55,209 bases of DNA, from contig JBKBVT010000001.1 in assembly GCA_046289305.1 (NCBI GenBank), positions 1 through 55,209 on the forward strand, given 5' to 3'. The stretch is from Hyphomonas sp. (GTDB taxonomy: Bacteria; Pseudomonadota; Alphaproteobacteria; Caulobacterales; Hyphomonadaceae). Below the pieces are notes generated by a model, which saw only the letters and a list, made by a program, of their open reading frames with translations, made no database searches and was not told where the DNA came from. The position numbers and the translations under genes are program-made. Shown here piece by piece: positions 18,425-26,948 of this stretch (its first letter is position 1; every line of letters begins with the position of its first letter).

Positions 18425-20178
18425 AAATCAAAAGCCTAGAATTCCGAGATTACAAGTCCTTCCCGCGATTCACAATATCCGCACAAACCAAGAATATTCT
18501 TGTCGGCCCAAACAATGCAGGAAAGTCAACTTCACTTGATGCCCTCAGAATAGCTTTCGATGCGCTGCGATACTCGAAACGCAGAACCGCCGCCTTAAAG
18601 TCTCAAGGGACAGACGGGGTATGCTCCACATACCGCGTCCCGCAATCAGTCGTTCAGATGGACTTAAGGTACTGTGTGCATAATTTTCAGGACATCGAAG
18701 CGAAGATTGAAATATCTGCATCCAATGGCAACCGCTTCGTTATGAAACTTCATCCAGACGACGATCTTGAGTGCTATCTCGCGTCTGACGTCCCAGCACA
18801 GAAATCAAGTCAATTCCTAAAGTCTCAGTTCCCTCTTGAAATAGTAGTAGTGCCGACACTAAGCCCTCTCGAGCAGAACGAAGAAATGGTTCAAGTCGAG
18901 ACGATTGAGAAGAACCGCTGGGGTCGACTCGCAAGTCGAAATTTCCGGAACTATTGGATTCATAGAACGGACGAAGAGTTCAAAGAGTTTTCTGAGCTCG
19001 TTGAATTCGGATGGCCGGGCATTCGCCTGATGAAACCGGAGATAGAGCGCGGAGAACGAAACATTATTCGCATGTATTTTCGGGATGGCAGAAACGTCCG
19101 TGAAGTACAATGGGCTGGGTTTGGCTTCCAAGTTTGGATGCAAATTATGATGCACCTTCAGCAGGCCGATCATCGCTCAATACTGGTTCTGGATGAACCC
19201 GACATTTACCTGCACCCTGATCTTCAGCACCGTCTCCTCAAATTGGTGTCGAAGCGCACGGGGCAATTCTTCATTGCAACCCACTCCACTGAAATCATTA
19301 ATGCCGCAGATGCAGGTGACGTTCTAATTGTAAGACCTGAAGCTAGATCGGCAAAACGAATTAGAAGTGACTCGACTTACTCTGACGTCTACTCCGCCAT
19401 CGGCAGCTCCGAAAACGCTCAATTCGCAAGGCTAGCTCGGACACGCAAGGTCTTGTACTTTGAGGGATCGGACAATCGACTTCTTTCCAAACTATCAAAG
19501 GTTCTTGGTGGGATAGATTACTTGTCAGGGTCGACGGTTACAGTAATGAGAACAGATGGCTTCTCAAATTGGGGAAAAGTGTCACACACAGCGTGGGTAT
19601 TCAAGGAGTTCTTTGAGCTTGAAGTACAAGTTGCGGCACTTTTCGACCGTGACTATCGATCCGATGAAGAAGTGGTGGAGTTCGAAACATCCATGCAAAG
19701 CTCCAACGTGTCCTGTTACGTATTACCCTGCAAGGAAATAGAGAACATTCTGCTACAGCCAAACGCTATTAAGAGAGTGGTACGAAAGCACGCAGCAGAG
19801 GCGGTTTCCGAGGACCAGCTGTCATTGATCGATGAAGAGTTTGATCGCCTGATTTTGGATGCAAGAGACCAAGTGTTTGGTCAGAGAATGGGACACTTCA
19901 TTCAGCATCAGCTCTCCAAGAAGCCAAAGATGGACACTCCAACACTTTCAAATGAATTTCAGAAGCTGTTCTCTGAGGATTGGAAGTCCGCTCAATTTCG
20001 GCGTAAGGTCGTTCCTGGCAAAGCAGTCTTTTCGTTGCTGGCAAAGTTTACCCAAGACCAGTTCAAAGTATCTTTAACACCAAGCCGCGTTATTGACGAA
20101 CTCGAGCCCGCAGAGATCGATGGAGAAGTCCAAGGTATCGTTTCGAAATTGAAGGCAGTGTTTGGTCCAGACGACTGA
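18421..20178 (+). CDS. OLD-family-like ATP-dependent nuclease (ABC ATPase + Toprim)
   Basis: GPNNAGKS, LDEPDIYLHP, ATHS; Toprim-like YFEGSD, FDRD, KEIEN; ATGA overlap with AIPR; visibly AT-richer than its neighbours. Confidence 0.8.
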   Translation: MKIKSLEFRDYKSFPRFTISAQTKNILVGPNNAGKSTSLDALRIAFDALRYSKRRTAALKSQGTDGVCSTYRVPQSVVQMDLRYCVHNFQDIEAKIEISASNGNRFVMKLHPDDDLECYLASDVPAQKSSQFLKSQFPLEIVVVPTLSPLEQNEEMVQVETIEKNRWGRLASRNFRNYWIHRTDEEFKEFSELVEFGWPGIRLMKPEIERGERNIIRMYFRDGRNVREVQWAGFGFQVWMQIMMHLQQADHRSILVLDEPDIYLHPDLQHRLLKLVSKRTGQFFIATHSTEIINAADAGDVLIVRPEARSAKRIRSDSTYSDVYSAIGSSENAQFARLARTRKVLYFEGSDNRLLSKLSKVLGGIDYLSGSTVTVMRTDGFSNWGKVSHTAWVFKEFFELEVQVAALFDRDYRSDEEVVEFETSMQSSNVSCYVLPCKEIENILLQPNAIKRVVRKHAAEAVSEDQLSLIDEEFDRLILDARDQVFGQRMGHFIQHQLSKKPKMDTPTLSNEFQKLFSEDWKSAQFRRKVVPGKAVFSLLAKFTQDQFKVSLTPSRVIDELEPAEIDGEVQGIVSKLKAVFGPDD

Positions 20179-20268
20179 TTTTGCCGAGGATTCTTGAGGG
20201 GCGTATAGCTTTGTGGAGGGAGGAAGGTACGAGTTGTAGCTATTCGTATGCGCCCCCCCCCACGGCAT

Positions 20269-20522
20269 GGTTCCTCCCCGGCCCCGAACGTATGCGGGGG
20301 GGCGCAGCGCGGCGTTTCGCTAGCGACAGGCACTTTCACCGGGGAAGCCACGCGGAAGCCACTTGCCCGGCGATCTCGGGAAAAGCGACTCATTATCAAA
20401 GGCTTGCGGAATCACGACCTTGGCGCGCTGGATTCTTTGCGGAATCCAGGGAATCCAGTTTGCGGAAGCCACCACGCTGGAAGCCAGGCAGCGGAAGCCA
20501 CTTGCAGTGAAGCCATTGAATC
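20269..20522 (+). other. Putative lambda-like cos packaging region (cosQ/cosN/cosB equivalent)
   Basis: GGTTCCT...CGCGGCGTTTCGCTA resembles lambda GGGTCCT...CGCGGGTTTTCGCTA (recalled). Followed by GGAAGCCA repeats and a perfect IHF consensus at 20394-20406. Confidence 0.65.
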
Positions 20523-20586
20523 CGCGTGCATTTTTCATTTGACAAAGCTGCCCCCCTTGACCTACCCATTGATCATCGAAGAATTG

Positions 20587-20622
20587 CGCCCGGAGGACAC
20601 CCCTCGCGGGCGTTTTTCATTT
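20587..20622 (+). terminator. Intrinsic terminator-like hairpin after a putative late promoter
   Basis: CGCCCG-GAGG...CCTC-g-CGGGCG then TTTTTCATTT; TTGACA at 20539 and TTGACC at 20557 upstream. Confidence 0.55.
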
Positions 20623-20707
20623 CCCCACATCGCGGATCCTGATCCTGACGCTGGCATCGCCCGGCTCGCAGCGGCTTGTCCGCACTGCCCCACATGGAAG
20701 CCACCTG

Positions 20708-21967
20708 ATGGACCTGGTCTTTGCGCCGAGCCAGATCGAGACTTGGCCTCTCGATCGGCTGCGCCCCTATGCGCGCAATGCCAAGATGCACGGCGACGAT
20801 CAGGTGGCGAAGATCGCCGCCAGCATGGCCAAGTTCGGCTGGACCGTGCCTTGCTTGGTGGCCGACGATGGCGAGCTGATCGCGGGGCACGGCCGGGTGT
20901 TGGCCGCCATCATGCTGGGGTTGAAGGATGTGCCGGTGATCCGGCTCGGCCACCTCGACGAAGCCGAGCGACGGGCCTACCGGATCGCCGACAATAAATT
21001 GACCGAGTTGGGCGAGTGGGACGAGGCCATGCTTCGCGACGAGATCGCGAGCCTTCTGGCCGAGGATTTCGACCTGTCACTGCTTGGCATCACCGACGAG
21101 GATCTGGATGCCCTGCTGCGGGATCCGGATCAGGTGGAAGGCAGTGCGGTCGAGGGCGAGGACGACATTCCGGAGCCGCCGGTCACGCCGGTGTCGGTGG
21201 CGGGCGACCTCTGGCAACTCGGGTCGCACCGCTTGATCTGCGGCGACAGCACGGCCGCCGATGTTGTCGGACGGCTGCTTGGCGATGTGAAGCCGCTGCT
21301 GATGGTCACAGACCCGCCCTATGGCGTGGAGTATGATCCGTCATGGCGCAACCAGGCGGGTGCGGCCAAGACCAAACGCACCGGCAAGGTGCTGAATGAC
21401 GATCGGGCCGACTGGCGCGAAGCGTGGTCTCTGTTTCCCGGCGATGTCGCCTATGTCTGGCATGGCGCTCTGCATGCGGGCGAGGTGGCCGACAGTCTGG
21501 TGGCGGCGGGTTTCGCCGTTCGTTCGCAGATCATCTGGGCCAAGGACCGGCTCGTTCTAAGCCGGGGCGATTATCACTGGCAGCACGAACCTTGCTGGTA
21601 TGCGGTGCGCGTCAAGGGCAAGGGCCATTGGGCTGGCGACCGCAAACAGACCACCCTCTGGCACATCTCCGGCAAGGATCAGGACGCCGCCACCGTCCTC
21701 GGCACGCAAAAGCCGGTCGAGTGCATGCGCCGCCCTATCCTGAACAACTCCAGCCCCGGCCAAGCCGTGTTTGAACCCTTCATGGGATCCGGCACCACGT
21801 TGATCGCGGCGGAAACGACCGGGCGTGTTTGCTTCGGGATCGAGTTGAACCCGGCCTATGTCGATGTGGCGATCGAGCGCTGGCAATCCTTCACTGGTGC
21901 GAACGCGGTGCTGGCCGACACCGGCGAAACCTATGCCGACCTGAAAACCAAGAGGCTCGCAGCATGA
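20708..21967 (+). CDS. ParB-like domain + N6/N4 DNA methyltransferase (DPPY)
   Basis: ParB/Srx-like N-terminus (IAGHGR, YRIADNKL); TDPPY; EPFMGSGTT. Confidence 0.9.
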   Translation: MDLVFAPSQIETWPLDRLRPYARNAKMHGDDQVAKIAASMAKFGWTVPCLVADDGELIAGHGRVLAAIMLGLKDVPVIRLGHLDEAERRAYRIADNKLTELGEWDEAMLRDEIASLLAEDFDLSLLGITDEDLDALLRDPDQVEGSAVEGEDDIPEPPVTPVSVAGDLWQLGSHRLICGDSTAADVVGRLLGDVKPLLMVTDPPYGVEYDPSWRNQAGAAKTKRTGKVLNDDRADWREAWSLFPGDVAYVWHGALHAGEVADSLVAAGFAVRSQIIWAKDRLVLSRGDYHWQHEPCWYAVRVKGKGHWAGDRKQTTLWHISGKDQDAATVLGTQKPVECMRRPILNNSSPGQAVFEPFMGSGTTLIAAETTGRVCFGIELNPAYVDVAIERWQSFTGANAVLADTGETYADLKTKRLAA

Positions 21968-22467
21968 ACAGACCCGTCGCACTCCAGCCGGCTGCAACCA
22001 GCCATGACGAAATCGCCGCTCTCGCCAGCGCTGTGACTGAATATCAGCAGAAATTCTGCGACGCGAAAGGCCAACGTCAGAGTGACGCCCGGTATCAGGA
22101 TTTGCGCGCCACGCGTCAGCGCCTCGCCATGCTGTTCGGCGAGCGGCATGGCTGGCGACTGTCGAAATCAGACTTTTCACCCTCGGTGCTGGCGCGGCGC
22201 GGCTTGTTCAATGGGCACGGATATCACGTCGATCCTTGGCCGCGTGAACTCGTCCATCACGGTTATTTCTACCGCAAGGACCGGAAAGCCGCCGCGGTGG
22301 CAGCCCATCTCTACGGCAACTTCGATGCTGCGAAGCGTCAGGATACCGAGGCCACGGCTGCGCTTTACGGGCTTCAAGTCACTTGGCCCGAGTACTTCCC
22401 GAGCTGGTATCTCCCCGGCCGAACCACGCTGATCGTCTGCTCGCCATTGGCCGAACCCGCGCAATGA
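21964..22467 (+). CDS. Hypothetical protein between the two methylases
   Basis: ATGA overlaps at both ends. Confidence 0.65.
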   Translation: MNRPVALQPAATSHDEIAALASAVTEYQQKFCDAKGQRQSDARYQDLRATRQRLAMLFGERHGWRLSKSDFSPSVLARRGLFNGHGYHVDPWPRELVHHGYFYRKDRKAAAVAAHLYGNFDAAKRQDTEATAALYGLQVTWPEYFPSWYLPGRTTLIVCSPLAEPAQ

Positions 22468-23780
22468 TGATGCCGCCCGACCGGATCGAGCACTGGCCCC
22501 TCGCCCGGCTGAAACCCTACGCCCGCAACGCCAAGACCCACGACGCCGATCAGGTGTCCAAGATCGCTGCCAGCATGGCCGAGTTCGGTTGGACCGTGCC
22601 GGTGCTGGTGGCCGCCGACGGAGAACTGATCGCTGGTCATGGTCGAATCTTGGCGGCCGCACAGCTGGGGCTGTCCGAGGCCCCGGTCATCGTTCTGGGC
22701 CATCTGACCGAGGCGCAACGCCGGGCCTATCGCATCGCCGACAACAAACTGACCGAGTTGGGCGGGTGGGACGACGCACTGCTGCTGCAGGAACTGCAGG
22801 CCCTCCTGGCAGAGGATTTCGACCTCGGGCTGATCGGGATTCCGGAGGATGAACTGGACGCGCTGCTGGCCGACGCCGACGACCGACCGACGATTTCCGA
22901 CGACGCTGCCGATGCCATCCCCGCCCCGCCCGCCGAGCCGATCACCCGGCCGGGCGACATCTGGGCGCTGGGCAAGCACCGGCTGTGCTGCGGTGACGCC
23001 ACCGATCCGGCCGCTGTCGCCAAGCTGATGCAGGGCGAACAAGCCACGCTGATGTTCACATCGCCGCCCTACGCCCAGCAGCGCGACTATGGCGCGGCCA
23101 AGGAAAAGGTCGGCGATTGGGATGCGCTGATGCAGGGCGTGTTCACCGCAGCACCGGTCACTACCGACGCGCAGCTGCTGGTCAACCTCGGCCTCGTGCA
23201 TCGCGACAGCGAATGGCAGCCCTATTGGGAAGGATGGGTGGAATGGATGCGCGCCTCTGGCTGGCGGCGGTTTGGCTGGTATGTCTGGGATCAGGGCCCC
23301 GGCTTGCCGGGCGACTGGAACGGCCGCCTGGCCCCGTCGCACGAGTTCATTTTCCACTTCAACCGCAACCCTCGCAAACCGCACAAGACCGTCCCGTCCA
23401 AACACGCGGGCGAAACCCTCGGCGGCGGTGGGCTGCGCGGGGCCGACGGCACCGTCCACGCCAAGACCGGCACCGGCAACGCGATCCAGAGCAACCGGAT
23501 CCCGGACTCTGTGTTCCGGATCATGCGCCACAAGGGCGGTCTGGGTGCAGCGGGAGAGCACCCGGCAGTGTTCCCGGTGGCGCTGGTCGAGGCCGTGCTG
23601 ACGGCATTCTCGGACCCCGGCGACCTGATCTACGAGCCGTTCTGTGGTTCAGGCACCCAGATCGTTGCCGCTGAACGCGCTGGGCGGCGGTGCTTCGCGA
23701 TGGAGCTGGATCCGGTCTACTGCGACGTGGTCGTGCGCCGTTGGGAGATGGCAACGGGAAAGGTGGCAACTGATACCTGA
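22464..23780 (+). CDS. ParB-like domain + N4/N6 DNA methyltransferase (SPPY)
   Basis: Paralogous ParB N-terminus; TSPPY; HPAVFP; EPFCGSGT. Confidence 0.9.
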   Translation: MMMPPDRIEHWPLARLKPYARNAKTHDADQVSKIAASMAEFGWTVPVLVAADGELIAGHGRILAAAQLGLSEAPVIVLGHLTEAQRRAYRIADNKLTELGGWDDALLLQELQALLAEDFDLGLIGIPEDELDALLADADDRPTISDDAADAIPAPPAEPITRPGDIWALGKHRLCCGDATDPAAVAKLMQGEQATLMFTSPPYAQQRDYGAAKEKVGDWDALMQGVFTAAPVTTDAQLLVNLGLVHRDSEWQPYWEGWVEWMRASGWRRFGWYVWDQGPGLPGDWNGRLAPSHEFIFHFNRNPRKPHKTVPSKHAGETLGGGGLRGADGTVHAKTGTGNAIQSNRIPDSVFRIMRHKGGLGAAGEHPAVFPVALVEAVLTAFSDPGDLIYEPFCGSGTQIVAAERAGRRCFAMELDPVYCDVVVRRWEMATGKVATDT

Positions 23781-23843
23781 CAGAAACTTGACGTTCCGCA
23801 CTGCAAATGGCTCATCAGAACCGATAATCTAAACAAGTTTCGG

Positions 23844-24332
23844 TCATTTACTTTCCAGTGCTAGAAGGCACCAAGGAACATTTTGCTGCCGAGGTTCCCA
23901 CTCGACTGCCATATTCCTTTCAAGCATCTCGTTGGCATAGGAAAGCCATCGATCTGATCGCCAGCGCTTCATGTCGGCGACGACCCTTCCCGAGAAAGAG
24001 TCGTACTGAACGTTAGATATCTGAACTTCCTGTCCCGGCGGATACAGCCTCTCGCCCTGGGCTCGTGCTTGCTCGCCCCATTCTCGCTCTTCTTCACAAT
24101 CAGGCCGAAAGATCTCGGGCGTGTCTATTCCTCGAATTCGAATGGAGTATTCGGCGCGCAAACCGGGCCACAACGCGACGCTCACTGCGATAGTATCGCC
24201 GTCAACAACCTCTACAATCGTTGCCGGGTACGGCCCCGGAAAGATTGCGGAACGACTTGTAACATCGACCTGCGCTTCAGCGGCACAAGCAAAGGTGAAG
24301 GAGAAGGCTGCCATAGCCATCGTCTGCTTCAT
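23844..24332 (-). CDS. Thermonuclease (SNase) family protein with signal peptide
   Basis: VVDGDT, IRIRGIDTPE, DSFSGRVVA; N-terminal hydrophobic stretch ending in AEA-Q. Confidence 0.85.
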   Translation of the reverse strand: MKQTMAMAAFSFTFACAAEAQVDVTSRSAIFPGPYPATIVEVVDGDTIAVSVALWPGLRAEYSIRIRGIDTPEIFRPDCEEEREWGEQARAQGERLYPPGQEVQISNVQYDSFSGRVVADMKRWRSDRWLSYANEMLERNMAVEWEPRQQNVPWCLLALESK

Positions 24333-24442
24333 TATATCACCTTGATTCTTGGAGCGCGGCGGACTGAACACCCAACTTGATAGTCGTGCGTCTTATAGTG
24401 CAGGTCAACCGACGACCCCGTACAAGCTTGACCTCAGGTTTC

Positions 24443-24991
24443 CTAAACTCTCCTCGGCGAAAATGCTCGATACACCCGCCCCCGGCCCTCCTCCTTTACC
24501 GAGGTCACGACCAGCCCCAGTTTCTTGCCCAAAGCCCCCGACATGGCGCCTCTCGCGGTGTGGGCCAGCCATCCCGTTGCAGCGACGATCTCATCCATCG
24601 TGACACCCTCGGGAGCTTGAAGCAGTGCGATCAGCATAGCCTGCTTCGTTCCGTTGCGCATAACGGGCGGCTTGCGCACTGGGGCCTCGGCGGCGTTTGC
24701 GGGGATCGCAGCCTCGGCCCCTACCACCACCGGGTCGATCCCAATTGCCAACAAGCCAGCATCCGTCACCACCAGCGTGGTGCCATGGCCATCGCCAGTT
24801 TCGCGCCAGAGGGGTTCGCCCCGGCGCAGGTTGGCATCGACCTCCTGCAGCCAGCCGTGTTCGATCATCTTGGTGACGGCCATCTTGGCCGCCGCACCGG
24901 CCAGCCCCTTGGGAAGCGGCAGGGCGATGTTTTCGGGGCGCTGGGCCTCGGCGCTGAGAATGATCGTCTGGGTTTCGGTGAGTTTTGTCAT
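24443..24991 (-). CDS. DUF3489-like winged-helix protein
   Basis: GTKQAMLIALL...EIVAATGWLAHTARGAMSG...GRVYR. Confidence 0.8.
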   Translation of the reverse strand: MTKLTETQTIILSAEAQRPENIALPLPKGLAGAAAKMAVTKMIEHGWLQEVDANLRRGEPLWRETGDGHGTTLVVTDAGLLAIGIDPVVVGAEAAIPANAAEAPVRKPPVMRNGTKQAMLIALLQAPEGVTMDEIVAATGWLAHTARGAMSGALGKKLGLVVTSVKEEGRGRVYRAFSPRRV

Positions 24992-25000
24992 GGCGTTCCC

Positions 25001-25225
25001 CTATCGGTCGTTGGTGGCAAGGAAGGCTGTGATGCGCGACATCAGGTCGTTGTGACCGTCGGCATCTGTGCCAATGATCACGTCGCCATCGTCGTCGCGG
25101 TCCAGATCGGCGATCTCGCGCAGCAGGGCGACGGCATCGTCGCAGGCGGCGAGGCGTTCGTCCTCCCATGCAGCGGTGGTCGCATCCTGTTCGATCTGAT
25201 GGCGCTGAGCGGGATCAAGCGGCAT
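25001..25225 (-). CDS. Small acidic hypothetical protein
   Basis: GGAGG RBS; part of a tight minus-strand operon. Confidence 0.65.
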   Translation of the reverse strand: MPLDPAQRHQIEQDATTAAWEDERLAACDDAVALLREIADLDRDDDGDVIIGTDADGHNDLMSRITAFLATNDR

Positions 25226-25442
25226 GTTCGCCCTCCTTGAAGGCACTATCGGTGATCTGGCGCAGCAGGCTGGCGTAGTGGTTCAGGGTGCCGACGTGGC
25301 CCCAGTTGATCTCGCCCGGGTGGGTCTCGAAGTGGTCGTCGCTCAGGGCCTTCAGGCGCTCCAGCATCGCGTCGATCTGGACCTTGGTGGTCATGAAGGC
25401 GTCGAGGGCCTTGGCATTGTCGGTGGCGCGGCGGGTGGTCAT
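25215..25442 (-). CDS. Small hypothetical phage protein
   Basis: Preceded by the repeated leader with a GGAG RBS. Confidence 0.75.
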   Translation of the reverse strand: MTTRRATDNAKALDAFMTTKVQIDAMLERLKALSDDHFETHPGEINWGHVGTLNHYASLLRQITDSAFKEGEHAA

Positions 25443-25552
25443 GGCGTGGTCTCCGGGGTGAGTTGCATCGTTTTCGTGTAATCAGCATCACTCTGGCAGG
25501 GCGCTGAGTGTAGGCAAATCCAAGCAATATCAGTGCTTTCTGATTACACTCC
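25437..25552 (-). repeat. Repeated leader/promoter unit, copy A
   Basis: 25437-25473 matches 26281-26318 with a one-base indel; 10-bp inverted repeat at 25476-25485 / 25540-25549. Confidence 0.75.
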
Positions 25553-25840
25553 GGGATCATCGGCCTGCGGCACCACATGCACCCACTGGCATCCGATCCA
25601 CATGTAGAGATGCGCAAACTCCCGCGTCGGGCGCGGCAGGATGCGGGGATCGCGGGGCGGGCTGAAGCAGTCCAGCGCCTCGGGTGTGACCTGCCGGATT
25701 TCTCGGGCGGTGAGGATGTCTTCGGGCTTCCAGCGCGCCAGCGCGGGTAGCATATGGGCGGGATAGCCGTCGAAATGGACGTAGACATGCGCCCATTCCT
25801 CGGGGCCGATCTGGATGGCAATCTGCGCGCGCGTGCTCAT
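25544..25840 (-). CDS. Small hypothetical protein (MSTRAQIAI...YVHFDGYP)
   Basis: GAGG RBS; HxDGYP motif. Confidence 0.75.
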   Translation of the reverse strand: MSTRAQIAIQIGPEEWAHVYVHFDGYPAHMLPALARWKPEDILTAREIRQVTPEALDCFSPPRDPRILPRPTREFAHLYMWIGCQWVHVVPQADDPGV

Positions 25841-25849
25841 GGTGCCGCC

Positions 25850-26071
25850 TCAGATTAGGTGCAGATCGACCAGCACCGCGCTGGCGGCGGCCAGTTGCGC
25901 GGTCGGCAGGTCGATCTTGATGTGCGAGAAAAGGTCCGAGCAGTCGGCCTTGATCCCGCCCTCGCGCAGCGCGGCTTCAATCACCTCCGCCGCCACATTG
26001 GGGCGCGAGCGGTCGAGATGGTTGGGCAGCGTGTCGATGTCGATGCGGATGGTTGTGGTGGCCATGGTCAT
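25850..26071 (-). CDS. Small hypothetical protein
   Basis: Short intergenic gaps on both sides, consistent with an operon. Confidence 0.7.
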   Translation of the reverse strand: MTMATTTIRIDIDTLPNHLDRSRPNVAAEVIEAALREGGIKADCSDLFSHIKIDLPTAQLAAASAVLVDLHLI

Positions 26072-26085
26072 GTCCCTGCCCTCCC

Positions 26086-26286
26086 TCAGCGTTTCACAGC
26101 GGCGGCGACGCCAGCGGCGTAGGCCGCTTCAAGTGATGCTCGGATCGCCCAGACCGCCACATCGTGGAAATCCAGCCGGTCGCTGTTCTGGGTCTCCAGC
26201 GTCTCGATGCTGTGGAAATGCTTAGCTGCGATCTCCAGCAGCAGGGCGTCGCAGGGGGCTTTGGCAGGGGCGGTCTTGGCGGTCAT
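26086..26286 (-). CDS. Small DUF6900-like protein
   Basis: IETLETQNSDRLDFHDVAVW...LEAAYAAG. Confidence 0.75.
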   Translation of the reverse strand: MTAKTAPAKAPCDALLLEIAAKHFHSIETLETQNSDRLDFHDVAVWAIRASLEAAYAAGVAAAVKR

Positions 26287-26400
26287 GGCGTGGTCTCCGG
26301 GGCTGAGTTGCATCGTTTCCTTGGACCCAGAATCGCTCGATGCGGGAGTGTAATCAACTGAATAAGCAGACTATTTCTGTTTAACTTCAATATCTTGAGG
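26281..26400 (-). repeat. Repeated leader/promoter unit, copy B
   Basis: Matches copy A; the minus strand reads TTGATT-N17-GATTCT (sigma70-like). Confidence 0.7.
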
Positions 26401-26414
26401 CACATTCAATCACC

Positions 26415-26948
26415 ATGGAAGGTATGTCCGAGCGGGAGTATTCCGCCCATTCCGGCCTCTCGCGCGGGGCCATCCAGAAGGCCCGAAAAGCCAGTCGGCT
26501 GGTGGTTTACAGCGACGGGTCGATCAACGCGGCCGCGTCCGATGTGCGGCGGGCCGACATGACCGATCCGGACCAGCAGCGGCGAAGCACCGGCGACAGC
26601 GGATTCAGCGGTCCCGCAGACAGCTCGTCCTACCTGAAGGCACGCACGGCGCTGACCGTTTACCAGGCGCAGGACAAGCAGCTGGGCATCCAGAAGAAGA
26701 AGGGCACGCTGGTCGACCGGGCCCGGGCGGAAGCTCTGGTGTTCCGGTTGGCCCGACAGGAACGCGATACTTGGGTCACCTGGCCCAACAGAGTGGCAGC
26801 GCTGATGGCGGCTGAAGTGGCCTTGGGAGTGGAGAAACAGACCGGCACACCGGTGATCATCGAGGCCGCGATCCTGCAGAGGGTGTTGGAAGCCCATGTC
26901 AGACAGCACCTCGACGCCCTCGCCGATCTCAGGGTCTCGCTTGGATGA
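26415..26948 (+). CDS. Terminase small subunit-like protein (Nu1-like)
   Basis: N-terminal HTH, coiled region and GTLVD motif; directly upstream of TerL. Confidence 0.75.
   Translation: MEGMSEREYSAHSGLSRGAIQKARKASRLVVYSDGSINAAASDVRRADMTDPDQQRRSTGDSGFSGPADSSSYLKARTALTVYQAQDKQLGIQKKKGTLVDRARAEALVFRLARQERDTWVTWPNRVAALMAAEVALGVEKQTGTPVIIEAAILQRVLEAHVRQHLDALADLRVSLG

Noticed and set aside
18421-20178. Gabija (GajA)
   Set aside because: No adjacent UvrD-like GajB helicase.
20343-20516. CRISPR array or coding ORFs (20181-20510, 20248-20997)
   Set aside because: The repeats are only 8-11 bp and irregularly spaced, with no cas genes. The ORFs look like translations of a regulatory/cos region.
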